Assembly (NCBI GenBank): GCA_947632495.1
Contig: CANRPL010000003.1
Coordinates: 1-45,540 of the forward strand
DNA: 45,540 nt
Source of the DNA: an uncultured Bacilli bacterium
GTDB lineage: Bacteria; Bacillota_I; Bacilli_A; RF39; UBA660
Reading direction: 5' to 3'
Below the pieces are notes generated by a model that saw only the letters and a list, made by a program, of their open reading frames with translations, was not told where the DNA came from and made no database searches. The first letter of the stretch is position 1. The number at the start of each line of letters is the position of its first letter. Shown one piece after another: positions 8,983 to 20,896 of the stretch. The translations under genes and the position numbers were made by a program.

Positions 8983-9579
8983 CTATGCCTCCTTTAGTAA
9001 TTCTTTTAATTCATTTAACTCACCATCAGATAACTCTTCACTTGTAAGTTCAATATTTTTAATACTTTCATACATACCTAAATACTTTTTTAAGGCATGA
9101 ATGTACTCATGGCTATCATTTAAGCCCTTTTTGATAACTTGTTTAGCACTAATAGTAATTTTAGCTTCCTCTAACATATTAACAAATTTATTAACATTTA
9201 ACAAATCGTCAGTGCTTAAATTATTATAATTATATAAAGGGATACTATCTATTTCTAAAATAACGAAATCGATATGTTTAAATAAATCGCTATCTAAAGG
9301 AACACCAATACCATTAGTTATAATGCAAGTTGTAAAACCTGCCTTATGCGATATTTTAGTCGTCTCCTTTAGATAATCACTTTGCTTAAACAAAGAGGTT
9401 CCCATAAATGTTACACCACCATCATCAGGTCCAATATAAGGTCGAAACTTACGAATACGGTCGACCGTCTCGTTAGGTGTTAACGTCACGACAGCATCAT
9501 CATCCAATTTAATAACCGTCCTAATACCTGGTCCAGCATCAAAAGACATAGGATCAATAGATGTTATATTACCTTTCAT
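8983..9579 (-). CDS. Pyruvate formate-lyase activating enzyme homolog lacking the radical-SAM motif (predicted inactive)
   Basis: PflA landmarks GPGIR, GGVT, TCxxTNG, GLND, IKNIEL are present; there is no CX3CX2C (only one Cys in the protein) and GGE is replaced by GTS. 4-bp overlap with the PFL-like gene. Confidence 0.85.
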   Translation of the reverse strand: MKGNITSIDPMSFDAGPGIRTVIKLDDDAVVTLTPNETVDRIRKFRPYIGPDDGGVTFMGTSLFKQSDYLKETTKISHKAGFTTCIITNGIGVPLDSDLFKHIDFVILEIDSIPLYNYNNLSTDDLLNVNKFVNMLEEAKITISAKQVIKKGLNDSHEYIHALKKYLGMYESIKNIELTSEELSDGELNELKELLKEA

Positions 9580-11789
9580 TGTAGCACCTCATGATAAGTT
9601 TGATCAATTAAGCTCTCTTGTTGTTGAGTACTTAATTCTTTATATCTTATCGCACAACCGCCACTACGAAGAACGATATCTGAACCTTTTTTATCATTAT
9701 CTTTAGCATCCAATAGAACTTTCTTGTCAATTAAATTAAACTCGATATGCGTTCCCTTTTGGCCAAAGAAACTATCTAAAAGAACCATCATATTATTGGC
9801 GCGTTCATTTCTTTTAGTACCTAATGTATTAGCTGTTGTATTGACCGTTGTAACAATACCATTTTGACATAGATTACTAGGCAGACGCATAACTGACTTA
9901 AGGCTATTAATTAAACTCTTATTATCGATATTGCTGATAGGATTAGCATTGAAAGCAAAAGGTGCGCCTTTAAAACGTCCGTCAGGAGTTGCTCCCGTGT
10001 TAGTGCCACAAACAACATTCAAAAATGATGATGCAATTCCCATTTTAATAGTCGCATTACGATACATATGATGACTTTGTAACTCTTTACTAATCATCTT
10101 AATAGTATCTGATGCTAATTTATCGACCGTTACATCACCCAAACCAAAACGTGGAAAACTATCTTTAATAACAAAGTCCGTACTTAATCCATTTTCATCA
10201 CGATTAACTTGAACATCAGCAAATCTAATTGCTGATAGAGAATCAATAACATTAGCAAAACCAATAAGATTAAAAGTCATTGAACGTTCAACAACAGTAT
10301 CATTAAAAGCCATTAAAGAACTTTCATATCCATACTTATCATGCATATAATGGATAACATTTAAGGCATCATCTTGAATAGAAATGACCTTTTTTAGAAC
10401 TTTAACAAAATTTTTTACGACTTCAGAATAATTTAATTTCTTACCAGTAAGAGGCTCAATACCACCGATAACCATTTCGCCAGTTAATTCATCACGGCCG
10501 CCATTGATGGCGTATAGTAAAACTTTAGGTAAATTACAACTGCCACCATAGTAGTCAATTTGTTTGCCAATTTTTGATAATCCCGCCATACCTGTACTAG
10601 CATATTCAAAGCTATTTAATGTATCAGCATTTAAAAATTGTAGACAATTAAATTTAAGCATCATTTTAATACAATAACGTTTAAAATTAACTGGTAATCT
10701 ACTAGACCATAAAATTGTATAATTAGGCACTTCATAAGCACCAATATTTTCAAGTGAATTTAAAATACGATAAGATGTTTTAGTAATCATCGAATGATCA
10801 CCACTCATCCCACCAATCGTCTCTGTTATAATTGGTGCCATACCTGGAAAGCAACTCAAGTATTCAGGGGTACGTAAATATCTAAGTAGACGCAATTTAA
10901 TTAAGAATTGATCAACTAATTCTTGAGCCTCTTCCTCTGTTAATACTTGAAGGGCGATATCTCGTTCAATATAAATATCTAAAAAAGGACTATTATTTCC
11001 TGTTGGTAGTGAGACACCATATGTTTCTTTAGCGCCAGCTAGATAAGCTAAATATAACCATTCAAAAGCTTCTTTAGCGTTAGAAGCTGGTTTAGATACG
11101 TCAATATCATAAGTACTAGCCATTTGTTTTAATGCTTTTAAGGCCGCAATCTGTTTAATTACTTCCTCACGAGTTCGTACAACAGAATAATTAATATCCT
11201 TACGAAGACGTTCTAAATCGCGTTCTTTTTGTTTGATTAAATAATCGGCACCATATAAAGGTAAGCGACGATAATCACTGACAATAAAGCCACGTCCAAA
11301 AGTATCAGGCAACCCATCAATAAGATGGACTTCTTTAAACTTTTTTATTTCCTTTGTATAAACTTCATTTACCGCATCTTCATAACTTACTTGAAATTCT
11401 CTAAAGGATTCTTCAACATCATGATTAAAACGATAACCGTTACTCTTAAGAACACCTAATGAAGTATTAAGCGATATATATGGATTGATGAAATGTTTTA
11501 AAGGTTCATCCGTCTGTAAACCAACAATAATTTCATTTTTCTTATCAACATAACCAGGATCAAAATGATTAATACCCGCTAACGAAAGACTATCGACATC
11601 TAAAAGATGAGCTGCTTCTTCTTTATCTAATAATTTTTGAACTCGGCTTAAAAGACGTGTCGTTTTACGACTTATACCTTTTAGAAAATCAGAATTACCA
11701 ACATATTCTGTGTAATTATTGAGGATAAAATCTTCAACATCAGGGGTGCGTTGCCATTTAGTCCCTTTAAATCCATTCCATGCTTCCAT
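9576..11789 (-). CDS. Pyruvate formate-lyase (PflB) homolog lacking catalytic Cys-Cys (predicted inactive)
   Basis: Colinear with PflB over 737 aa (AWxGF, DFIxxNYTxY, EIIVGLQTDEPLK, GLPD, DYRRLPLYG, EEEAQELVD, LRTPEY, LYAINGG, IHYMHDKY, TGATPDGR); IACCVS is replaced by STGMAG and RVSGY by RSGGC. Confidence 0.9.
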   Translation of the reverse strand: MEAWNGFKGTKWQRTPDVEDFILNNYTEYVGNSDFLKGISRKTTRLLSRVQKLLDKEEAAHLLDVDSLSLAGINHFDPGYVDKKNEIIVGLQTDEPLKHFINPYISLNTSLGVLKSNGYRFNHDVEESFREFQVSYEDAVNEVYTKEIKKFKEVHLIDGLPDTFGRGFIVSDYRRLPLYGADYLIKQKERDLERLRKDINYSVVRTREEVIKQIAALKALKQMASTYDIDVSKPASNAKEAFEWLYLAYLAGAKETYGVSLPTGNNSPFLDIYIERDIALQVLTEEEAQELVDQFLIKLRLLRYLRTPEYLSCFPGMAPIITETIGGMSGDHSMITKTSYRILNSLENIGAYEVPNYTILWSSRLPVNFKRYCIKMMLKFNCLQFLNADTLNSFEYASTGMAGLSKIGKQIDYYGGSCNLPKVLLYAINGGRDELTGEMVIGGIEPLTGKKLNYSEVVKNFVKVLKKVISIQDDALNVIHYMHDKYGYESSLMAFNDTVVERSMTFNLIGFANVIDSLSAIRFADVQVNRDENGLSTDFVIKDSFPRFGLGDVTVDKLASDTIKMISKELQSHHMYRNATIKMGIASSFLNVVCGTNTGATPDGRFKGAPFAFNANPISNIDNKSLINSLKSVMRLPSNLCQNGIVTTVNTTANTLGTKRNERANNMMVLLDSFFGQKGTHIEFNLIDKKVLLDAKDNDKKGSDIVLRSGGCAIRYKELSTQQQESLIDQTYHEVLQ

Positions 11790-11817
11790 ATTATCACTTC
11801 CAAATACTATTATTTTA

Positions 11818-13833
<2,016 letters not shown>

Positions 13834-13871
13834 CTAGCAAAAAAAGAAATTCACTTAAATTTATCTATAAT

Positions 13872-13899
13872 AAAAAACTATATCTTTAAGATATAGCTT
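13872..13899 (-). terminator. Terminator after dfx
   Basis: Minus strand gctatatct-taa-agatatagt followed by a T-run. Confidence 0.75.
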
Positions 13900-14263
13900 A
13901 TTCTTCTACTTCTTTTTCCCATAGACCATGTTTATTACAATATGCATATAATTTAGCATGTGGATAATAATCAAATGTAACTGTAGCTTCATGATGAGGA
14001 GCTAATTTTTTGGTAACTATTTCTTTTGGAGACTCCATACTGATCCACTCAATATAGTGATCATCATCCATAACATGATTAACCGTTACTTCCATTTTAT
14101 TTTCTTTAATCGTATAAGTTGGAACGTGTTTCTCAAAAGCTGCATCGACAGAATTAGGAACGACATCCTCCATCTTTTCATCGCAGCACATAAAACCACA
14201 TTTACAATGACAATCATCAATTACATAAATGAAAGCTCCACAATTATTACATTTTTTATACAT
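13898..14263 (-). CDS. dfx: Desulfoferrodoxin / superoxide reductase
   Basis: CxxC...CC desulforedoxin centre, EKHVP, HxMxxxHYIEWI, YCNKHGLW. Start set at ATG 14263 after AAGGTG. Confidence 0.93.
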   Translation of the reverse strand: MYKKCNNCGAFIYVIDDCHCKCGFMCCDEKMEDVVPNSVDAAFEKHVPTYTIKENKMEVTVNHVMDDDHYIEWISMESPKEIVTKKLAPHHEATVTFDYYPHAKLYAYCNKHGLWEKEVEE

Positions 14264-14274
14264 ATAAATCACCT

Positions 14275-16803
14275 TTACCCTTTCAAAAGCGCTAAACGCT
14301 CTTTTTCTTCACTTAATTTTTTACGATCAGCTTCAACAATATTAGCTGGTGCTTTAGAAACATAATTTTCATTACTTAATAATTTTTCACGGCGCGCTAC
14401 TGATTCCTCTAACTTTTTAATCTCTTCCTCTTTTTTAGATTCATCTTCTTTCGTACCCTCATAGTAATAGGTAATATCGATATATTTAGACTTATAATTA
14501 CTTGTCAAGTAATGATCATCTTCTACTTGTAAAAGATTTTCATCTTTGATTTTCAATTGAGAACGATAGATAAGTTCGATAGCATCATCAACAACATATT
14601 TTACTTTAGCTTGTTTAGTAATATTATTAGTTGCTTTAAGATTTCTAATAGCGATGATATCCTCTAAAATTTTATTTAATTTATCTTCTTCTTTTTCATA
14701 ATTTATATCTTCAACATGAGGATAAGGACTTATCATAATAGACGCACTATCTTTAATTGGTAACATCAAATATATCTCTTCTGTTACATATGGCATAAAA
14801 GGATGAAGCATTTTTAAAATATCGGTTAATACTTTTAATAAAACACTCTTATTAGTATTACTCATATCACTTTTAGATAATTCAATATACCAATCACAGA
14901 AATTATCCCAAATAAAATTATATAAAGTATTACCAACGTTATGGAAATCATAAGTATCCATATTTTTTCTTACTTCTTTAATCGTCTTATTTAACTTATT
15001 TAACATCCATTTATCAGCTAAAGAAAGATTATCTAAAGTATAATCCTTATCACTGAAACCTTCTAGATTCATAAGAACAAAACGAGAGGCATTCCATAAT
15101 TTATTAATAAAATTCCAAGCTGACTTAACTTTTTCTTCATCATATCTTAAATCAGCACCAGGAGCTGAATTAGTCGTTAAGAAAAATCTTAAAGCATCAC
15201 AGCCATATTCTTCAATGACATCCATCGGATCTACACCATTACCTAAACTTTTGCTCATCTTACGACCTTCTTTATCACGGATTAAGCCATGTATTAAGCA
15301 ATCTTTAAATGGACGTTTATCCGTAAACTTTAAACCCTGGAAAGTCATACGATTAACCCAGAATGGAATAATATCATACCCCGTAACTAGAACATCATTA
15401 GGATAATAGCGTTTAAAATCTTCACTATCTGATGGCCAACCTAAAGTGGCAAAAGGCCATAAAGCACTACTAAACCAAGTATCTAAAACATCATTATCTT
15501 GAACCCAGCCATCACCTTCTGGTGGATTAACTCCTACATATACTTCGTCACCCTTGTACCAAGCTGGAATACGATGACCCCACCATAATTGACGAGAAAT
15601 ACACCAATCATAAGTTATTTCCATCCAATGGTTCATCGTCTTTTCATAATGTGGGGGAACAAAATTAACTTTCTTACTCTTTTTCTTTTGATTTTCTAAA
15701 ACACGATCGGCTAAAGGACGCATCTTAACAAACCACTGTTTTGATAAATAAGGTTCAACGACAGCATCAGTTCTCTCACTATGACCAACACTATGAACCA
15801 TTTCCTCAATACTGATTAAAATGCCACTTTCTTTTAAATCAACAAGAAGAGCTTCGCGACACTCTTCACGCGTCATACCAGCATACTTGCCTGCATTTTC
15901 ATTCATTGTAGCATCCTCATTCATAACAACTACACGTTCTAGATTATGGCGATTACCAACTTCAAAGTCGTTAGGATCATGAGCTGGTGTTATCTTAACG
16001 ACACCAGTTCCAAAGGTAGGATCAGCATGTTCATCTCCGACGATAGGGATTAATTTATTTACAACCGGTAAAATAACATTTTTACCAATAAGATGCTTAT
16101 AGCGATCATCATCAGGATTAACGGCGACAGCTGTATCACCAAATAATGTTTCAGGTCTAGTTGTAGCGACATCTAAATATTCATCAGTTCCTTCAATATA
16201 GTACTTTAAATGATAGAAAGCACCTTTATCATCTTTATAGATTACTTCTTCATTAGATAAGGCTGTTTTCGCTACAGGATCCCAGTTAATAATACGTTCT
16301 CCGCGATAGATTAAACCCTCATTATATAAATCAACAAATACTTTTTTAACCGCACGAGTTAAATTTTCATCTAAAGTAAAAGCCTCTTTACGATAATCTA
16401 AACTAAGCCCTAATTTAGCCCACTGTGAACGGATATTATCTGAATATTCATGTGTCCAATCCCAACAAGCTTTAAGAAAATCGTCACGGCCTAGTTCGTA
16501 TTTATCAATACCATTTTGGCGTAATTTTTGAACAACTTTAGCCTCTGTAGCGATAGCGGCATGATCCATTCCTGGTAGCCATAATGTATCATATCCATCC
16601 ATTCGTTTATAACGAATAATCAAGTCTTGAAGGGTTGTATCCCAAGCATGACCTAAATGTAATTTACCTGTAACGTTAGGTGGTGGAATAACAATACAAT
16701 ATGGTTTCTTACTTAAATCACCACTCTCAAAATAACCAGCTTCTTTCCACTGATAGTATTTTCCTTCTTCAACCTTTAAATGATTATACTTTGTATCTAG
16801 CAT
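14275..16803 (-). CDS. valS: Valine--tRNA ligase
   Basis: [44 protein letters not shown]-terminal coiled arm; Val T-box upstream. Confidence 0.98.
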   Translation of the reverse strand: MLDTKYNHLKVEEGKYYQWKEAGYFESGDLSKKPYCIVIPPPNVTGKLHLGHAWDTTLQDLIIRYKRMDGYDTLWLPGMDHAAIATEAKVVQKLRQNGIDKYELGRDDFLKACWDWTHEYSDNIRSQWAKLGLSLDYRKEAFTLDENLTRAVKKVFVDLYNEGLIYRGERIINWDPVAKTALSNEEVIYKDDKGAFYHLKYYIEGTDEYLDVATTRPETLFGDTAVAVNPDDDRYKHLIGKNVILPVVNKLIPIVGDEHADPTFGTGVVKITPAHDPNDFEVGNRHNLERVVVMNEDATMNENAGKYAGMTREECREALLVDLKESGILISIEEMVHSVGHSERTDAVVEPYLSKQWFVKMRPLADRVLENQKKKSKKVNFVPPHYEKTMNHWMEITYDWCISRQLWWGHRIPAWYKGDEVYVGVNPPEGDGWVQDNDVLDTWFSSALWPFATLGWPSDSEDFKRYYPNDVLVTGYDIIPFWVNRMTFQGLKFTDKRPFKDCLIHGLIRDKEGRKMSKSLGNGVDPMDVIEEYGCDALRFFLTTNSAPGADLRYDEEKVKSAWNFINKLWNASRFVLMNLEGFSDKDYTLDNLSLADKWMLNKLNKTIKEVRKNMDTYDFHNVGNTLYNFIWDNFCDWYIELSKSDMSNTNKSVLLKVLTDILKMLHPFMPYVTEEIYLMLPIKDSASIMISPYPHVEDINYEKEEDKLNKILEDIIAIRNLKATNNITKQAKVKYVVDDAIELIYRSQLKIKDENLLQVEDDHYLTSNYKSKYIDITYYYEGTKEDESKKEEEIKKLEESVARREKLLSNENYVSKAPANIVEADRKKLSEEKERLALLKG

Positions 16804-17528
16804 GATATCACTCCTTTAATATAATTACTTAAAAAGGTATATAATTCCGATAAATCTTGATGAGTATTAACTTCTAATAAATTTATCTTATTTTCAATTA
16901 TTTTTTCCTTTAAAACAAATTCAAATGTGTACTTAAAATTAATATCAAAAATAAAACCTAGCATTAGAAGAATCATATCACAAGAGTTATGAGCATCTTT
17001 TTTATCACAAGTTTCTTTATGCATTAAATTATCAAATAGTACTTGAGAAATTATAGGATGATCTTCTTTAATAACTAATCCCTGTTCTTTTAAAATATCC
17101 ATCTTATCAGCATCACGAACAATTCTAGCCACTAAAAGTTCTTCTTCACTACCATTTGGTACCTCTTTAGCGCCATGATATCTTACAGCAAATAAAATAA
17201 TATTTTGTTCATCTTCTTGATCAGTAAGTTTATTAATCATACCCTCTTTTAAAATATCGTAGCCTAATTTAGCATGATCAAGAGACTTTAAATCATCAAA
17301 CGTATGATAATCCTGCATCTGTTTAAAGCGACCTAAATCATGAAATAAGGCACATAAGTAAACAAGATGGCACATTCTTTCATCAAGTTCTAAAGAACGC
17401 GCTATCGCTTTAGCATAAGCAACCACTCGGTATGAATGATGAAACTTGCCCATAATAGGTTTTTGTTTAAGATCAAATTGTTTAACATAATCATTAAATA
17501 AATTACGTGCTTCTTCCAATGAAATCAT
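16797..17528 (-). CDS. HD-domain phosphohydrolase
   Basis: HSYRV...LFHDLGR...DH...H...RDADKMD metal-binding pattern; GGAGG RBS; overlaps the valS start. Confidence 0.88.
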   Translation of the reverse strand: MISLEEARNLFNDYVKQFDLKQKPIMGKFHHSYRVVAYAKAIARSLELDERMCHLVYLCALFHDLGRFKQMQDYHTFDDLKSLDHAKLGYDILKEGMINKLTDQEDEQNIILFAVRYHGAKEVPNGSEEELLVARIVRDADKMDILKEQGLVIKEDHPIISQVLFDNLMHKETCDKKDAHNSCDMILLMLGFIFDINFKYTFEFVLKEKIIENKINLLEVNTHQDLSELYTFLSNYIKGVISC

Positions 17529-17539
17529 ATATCCTCCAT

Positions 17540-17765
17540 AAAAAAACGGTCCATCCTAAAAAGGACGAAGACCGTGGTACCACCTTTATTCGTAAACATT
17601 GTTTACCTCTAAACGATAACGTCGTTAACGATATATTTTACTATTAGTTCTAATATATAGCTCCCAAGCTACCTTCAATTAATCTTCATTAAGAAAGGCT
17701 TTCACCCAATGACCTTTCATCGCTAATAACTACTAATTAATTTACTCCTCTTGTTCTTCGCCTTT
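17540..17765 (-). promoter_or_regulatory. T-box riboswitch, valine specifier
   Basis: T-box AAAGGTGGTACCACG (about 17573-17587), AGTA elements, GGTGAAA apical motif, specifier GAAG-GTA-GC (GUA = Val, 17670-17672), terminator acggtc...gaccgt + T-run; TGTTATAAT upstream near 17785. Confidence 0.93.
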
Positions 17766-17875
17766 GTAATACTTACATCAATAATTATAACATATGTTCT
17801 TTTGTTTGAAAAGATAAAACATCTTTTTTTTTAAATTAAAAGAAGGTATAATTAAAATAGAAAGATGGCGTAAAA

Positions 17876-19132
17876 ATGGAAATAGAAGGTATGCATAAAA
17901 AACATAAATTAGCTTGTGATCAATATGAAGAAATAAAAAAGCCCAAAGAGATTTACCTACCTCTTATTATCGGTAATGATACTGATCTAGTAGTCCTAGT
18001 TAAAGTTGGTGATCACGTCTATAAAGAGACGATGGTAGCCTATAACAAAGGTAAATTTAAATCTTATCTACATTCAAGTATTAGTGGAACGATTAAAGCT
18101 ATAGAAGATAAAACATACTCTAATGGTCAAAAAGTTAAATGTTTAATAATTGAAAATGACTATAAAGAACAAGTCCAAAAAAGAACTGGCGTTAAAGAGG
18201 AAATCAATAACTATAGTAAAGAAGAATTTATTGAAATAATCAAAAATGCTGGCATTGTTGGATTAAGTGGTAATGGATTTCCTACATATGTTAAATATGA
18301 TACGGATAAAAAGATTAAAACCTTAATTGTCAATGCGATAGAATGTGAGCCTTACTTAACAGCTGATTATACCATTTTAAAAAATAAATATCGCGAAATA
18401 TTAGAAGCTATCGACGCGATATTAGATATTAATAAAATTGATGAATGTCTGATCTGTATATCTAAAAGGAATCGAAAACTTATCAAACTATTAAATCAAT
18501 ATACAGGAACTTATTTAAGAATCAAAATTGTTAGCATTAAAAATGCTTATCCGATGGGATGGGAAAAAGGATTAATCAAAGAGGCAACTGGGCTAACTTA
18601 TGATGGCCTTCCTAGTGAATGCGGTATTATAGTCAACAATGTATCAACAATATACGCGATCTATAAAGCCTTAAAAAGTGGTACACCACTATTGGAACGT
18701 ATTATTACAATATCGGGAGAATTAGCCCCTAAACACACTAATGTTTTAGCGAAAATTGGTACCCCTATCAAAGACATAATTGGGGAAGTAGACTCAAATA
18801 ATGTTTTAATTATCGCTGGTGGTCCAATGATGGGTCATGCATTAGTTGATTTTGATACTATGGTAACCAAACAGGCTAATGGATTACTACTTATAAAAAA
18901 AGAAGATAGGCAAGAAACAGCTTGTATTCACTGTGGTAAATGTCTTAAATATTGTCCATGTCATCTAGCACCCATTCTCGTAAAAGGAAAAAATAAAGAC
19001 GAATTAAAAAAATTAAATGTTGATAAATGTATGGATTGTGGTCTATGCTCCTATGTCTGTCCTGCACGTATTCCTTTAAAAGACTACATGGATGAAGCTA
19101 AAAAAAGCATCAAGGAGGTATCACATGAATAA
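17876..19132 (+). CDS. rnfC: RnfC/RsxC-like flavin/Fe-S electron transport subunit
   Basis: HSSISG, AGIVGLSGNGFPT, NAIECEPYLTAD, YPMGWEK, GGPMMG, CIHCGKCLKYCP and CMDCGLCSYVCP. Confidence 0.9.
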   Translation: MEIEGMHKKHKLACDQYEEIKKPKEIYLPLIIGNDTDLVVLVKVGDHVYKETMVAYNKGKFKSYLHSSISGTIKAIEDKTYSNGQKVKCLIIENDYKEQVQKRTGVKEEINNYSKEEFIEIIKNAGIVGLSGNGFPTYVKYDTDKKIKTLIVNAIECEPYLTADYTILKNKYREILEAIDAILDINKIDECLICISKRNRKLIKLLNQYTGTYLRIKIVSIKNAYPMGWEKGLIKEATGLTYDGLPSECGIIVNNVSTIYAIYKALKSGTPLLERIITISGELAPKHTNVLAKIGTPIKDIIGEVDSNNVLIIAGGPMMGHALVDFDTMVTKQANGLLLIKKEDRQETACIHCGKCLKYCPCHLAPILVKGKNKDELKKLNVDKCMDCGLCSYVCPARIPLKDYMDEAKKSIKEVSHE

Positions 19133-19979
19133 CAATGGTCCTTATATTTTTAGTAAACTATCTACTAAAAGAATAAACTTAAATATTCTTTTAGCGCTTC
19201 TACCAATTACTTTTTACTTTATTATTAAAGATATTAACACCCTAATACCATTAGGAACAATCGTAATAACAACCTATCTATCAGGTATATTATTACACTA
19301 TCTATTTCATCATCAGCTAGTAATAGATGACTTAAGTACCATTAATATTGGGTTAATATTAACATTACTTCTACCTACTGATATTCCTTTTTACTTCTTG
19401 ATAATTGGAAGTATAAGCGCTACAGCAGGTAAATTCATCAGTAAAGATTTACTTAATCCACCTTTAATAGGTTTTATTGTTATCATTTTATTAAGCCTAT
19501 TATTTCGTTATAGTATCAACTTTCCAGGATATGATCTTATCAGCATCATTTTAGTTATTGGCGGATTAATATATCTTATTCTAACAAAATCTATTAAATA
19601 TGAAATTGTCATTAGTTATCTTTTGATGATCGTCACTATCTTTATCATTATGACATGGAAAAATAGTTTACCTATTGATAATCTTTTAGAAGAACGTCTT
19701 CTTCTAACTGGTATATTTCTATTAATGCATCATCAAAGTACACCTATAACTCAACATAGTATGATTATCTATGGCCTATTTATCGGTATCGTTACAGCTT
19801 TTATCTATTATCATACTCTACTACCTAGTGGCATTATCATCAGCATTTTAACCGCTAATCTTTTTACCCATATTTTAGATTATTTAATTTTAACTAAAAG
19901 AAGAATATTTATTATCATACCATATAGTATATTATTAATATTATTTGGTATAACTTTACTGACAAACATAAGTATTTAA
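19125..19979 (+). CDS. Degenerate RnfD-like integral membrane protein
   Basis: GPYI N-terminus, ILLALLP, DLST...GLILTLLLP, LNP, GGLIYL, STPIT...YGLFIG resemble RnfD; the FMN-threonine loop is absent. Start ATG 19125 with GGAGGT, overlapping the rnfC stop. Confidence 0.75.
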   Translation: MNNNGPYIFSKLSTKRINLNILLALLPITFYFIIKDINTLIPLGTIVITTYLSGILLHYLFHHQLVIDDLSTINIGLILTLLLPTDIPFYFLIIGSISATAGKFISKDLLNPPLIGFIVIILLSLLFRYSINFPGYDLISIILVIGGLIYLILTKSIKYEIVISYLLMIVTIFIIMTWKNSLPIDNLLEERLLLTGIFLLMHHQSTPITQHSMIIYGLFIGIVTAFIYYHTLLPSGIIISILTANLFTHILDYLILTKRRIFIIIPYSILLILFGITLLTNISI

Positions 19980-20000
19980 AGAAGATATTCTTCTTTTTTT
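19979..20000 (+). terminator. Terminator after the rnfD-like gene
   Basis: aagaaga-tat-tcttctt followed by a T-run. Confidence 0.65.
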
Positions 20001-20036
20001 GATGTGATTATGTTAAAATGATACTAGGTGAATAGT

Positions 20037-20888
20037 ATGGAAGAAAAACGAAGTTTTTGGTGGCTTAAACTTATAATATTTATACTAATTCTTATCATAG
20101 GCGTTGTCGCTTATGCCTTTTACGTTGGACCTACTGGCATTTTTGTCAAAGAAATAAATGTCATTGATAATCGCCTTCCTAGTACATTTTATGGCTATAA
20201 AATAGTTCAATTAAGTGACATTCACTATAAGAGTACAACGGAAAAAAGTGACTTAAAAAAGATCAGTCAGAAAGTAAATCAGAGTAAACCGAATATTATT
20301 ATCATTTCTGGTGACTTATTAGATAAAAAAACAGTTTATAATGATCAAGATAGTCAAGATTTAGCTAACTTCTTAAACGATATTAAAGCACAATATAAAT
20401 ACATTATTTCTGGTGATCATGATCAAAATGAATTATTTACTCAAATTATCAATAAAAGCGATTTTAAATTATTAGACAACACCTATGAAATAATATATCA
20501 TGAAGGATACGATCCTATATTAATTGCTGGTCTTTCATCACGTAGTGATAAAACCGATACTAAAGAAAAGCTAGTAAGTATCAAAGAAGCTATCAGTAGT
20601 AACGCTATCAACTATAATATTCTCGTTCTTCATGAACCAAGTCTAATTGAAGATTTTGATTATCAAAATTATCAACTGATATTAGCTGGTCATACCCATA
20701 ATGGACAAATAAATATACCAGGTATTAAGCAATTATTTATATCTAAAAAAGATGCGGAATACTATGAAACATACTACGATTTAGAAAATACCAAGATGTA
20801 TATATCATCAGGTATTGGTACAACTAATGTTAAAGCTCGTCTATTTAATCGTCCAAGCATCAATTTATATCGACTTTTAAATAAGTAA
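20037..20888 (+). CDS. Membrane-anchored calcineurin-like metallophosphoesterase (YkuE/YkoQ type)
   Basis: N-terminal TM; SDIH, GDLLD, GDHD, HEP, GHTHNGQ, SSGIG...R..N. Start ATG 20037 after AGGTGA. Confidence 0.9.
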   Translation: MEEKRSFWWLKLIIFILILIIGVVAYAFYVGPTGIFVKEINVIDNRLPSTFYGYKIVQLSDIHYKSTTEKSDLKKISQKVNQSKPNIIIISGDLLDKKTVYNDQDSQDLANFLNDIKAQYKYIISGDHDQNELFTQIINKSDFKLLDNTYEIIYHEGYDPILIAGLSSRSDKTDTKEKLVSIKEAISSNAINYNILVLHEPSLIEDFDYQNYQLILAGHTHNGQINIPGIKQLFISKKDAEYYETYYDLENTKMYISSGIGTTNVKARLFNRPSINLYRLLNK

Positions 20889-20896
20889 GGTGAACT

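Noticed and set aside
8983-11789. Calling the PFL-like pair functional pflB/pflA, or calling them pseudogenes
   Set aside because: Catalytic cysteines and the CX3CX2C motif are absent, so the functional names are unsupported; both frames are intact, near full length and coupled, so pseudogene is unsupported too.
20400-20425. GDHD instead of GNHD in the metallophosphoesterase as another dead enzyme
   Set aside because: Asp can still ligate metal and all other motifs are intact; not enough to call it inactive.
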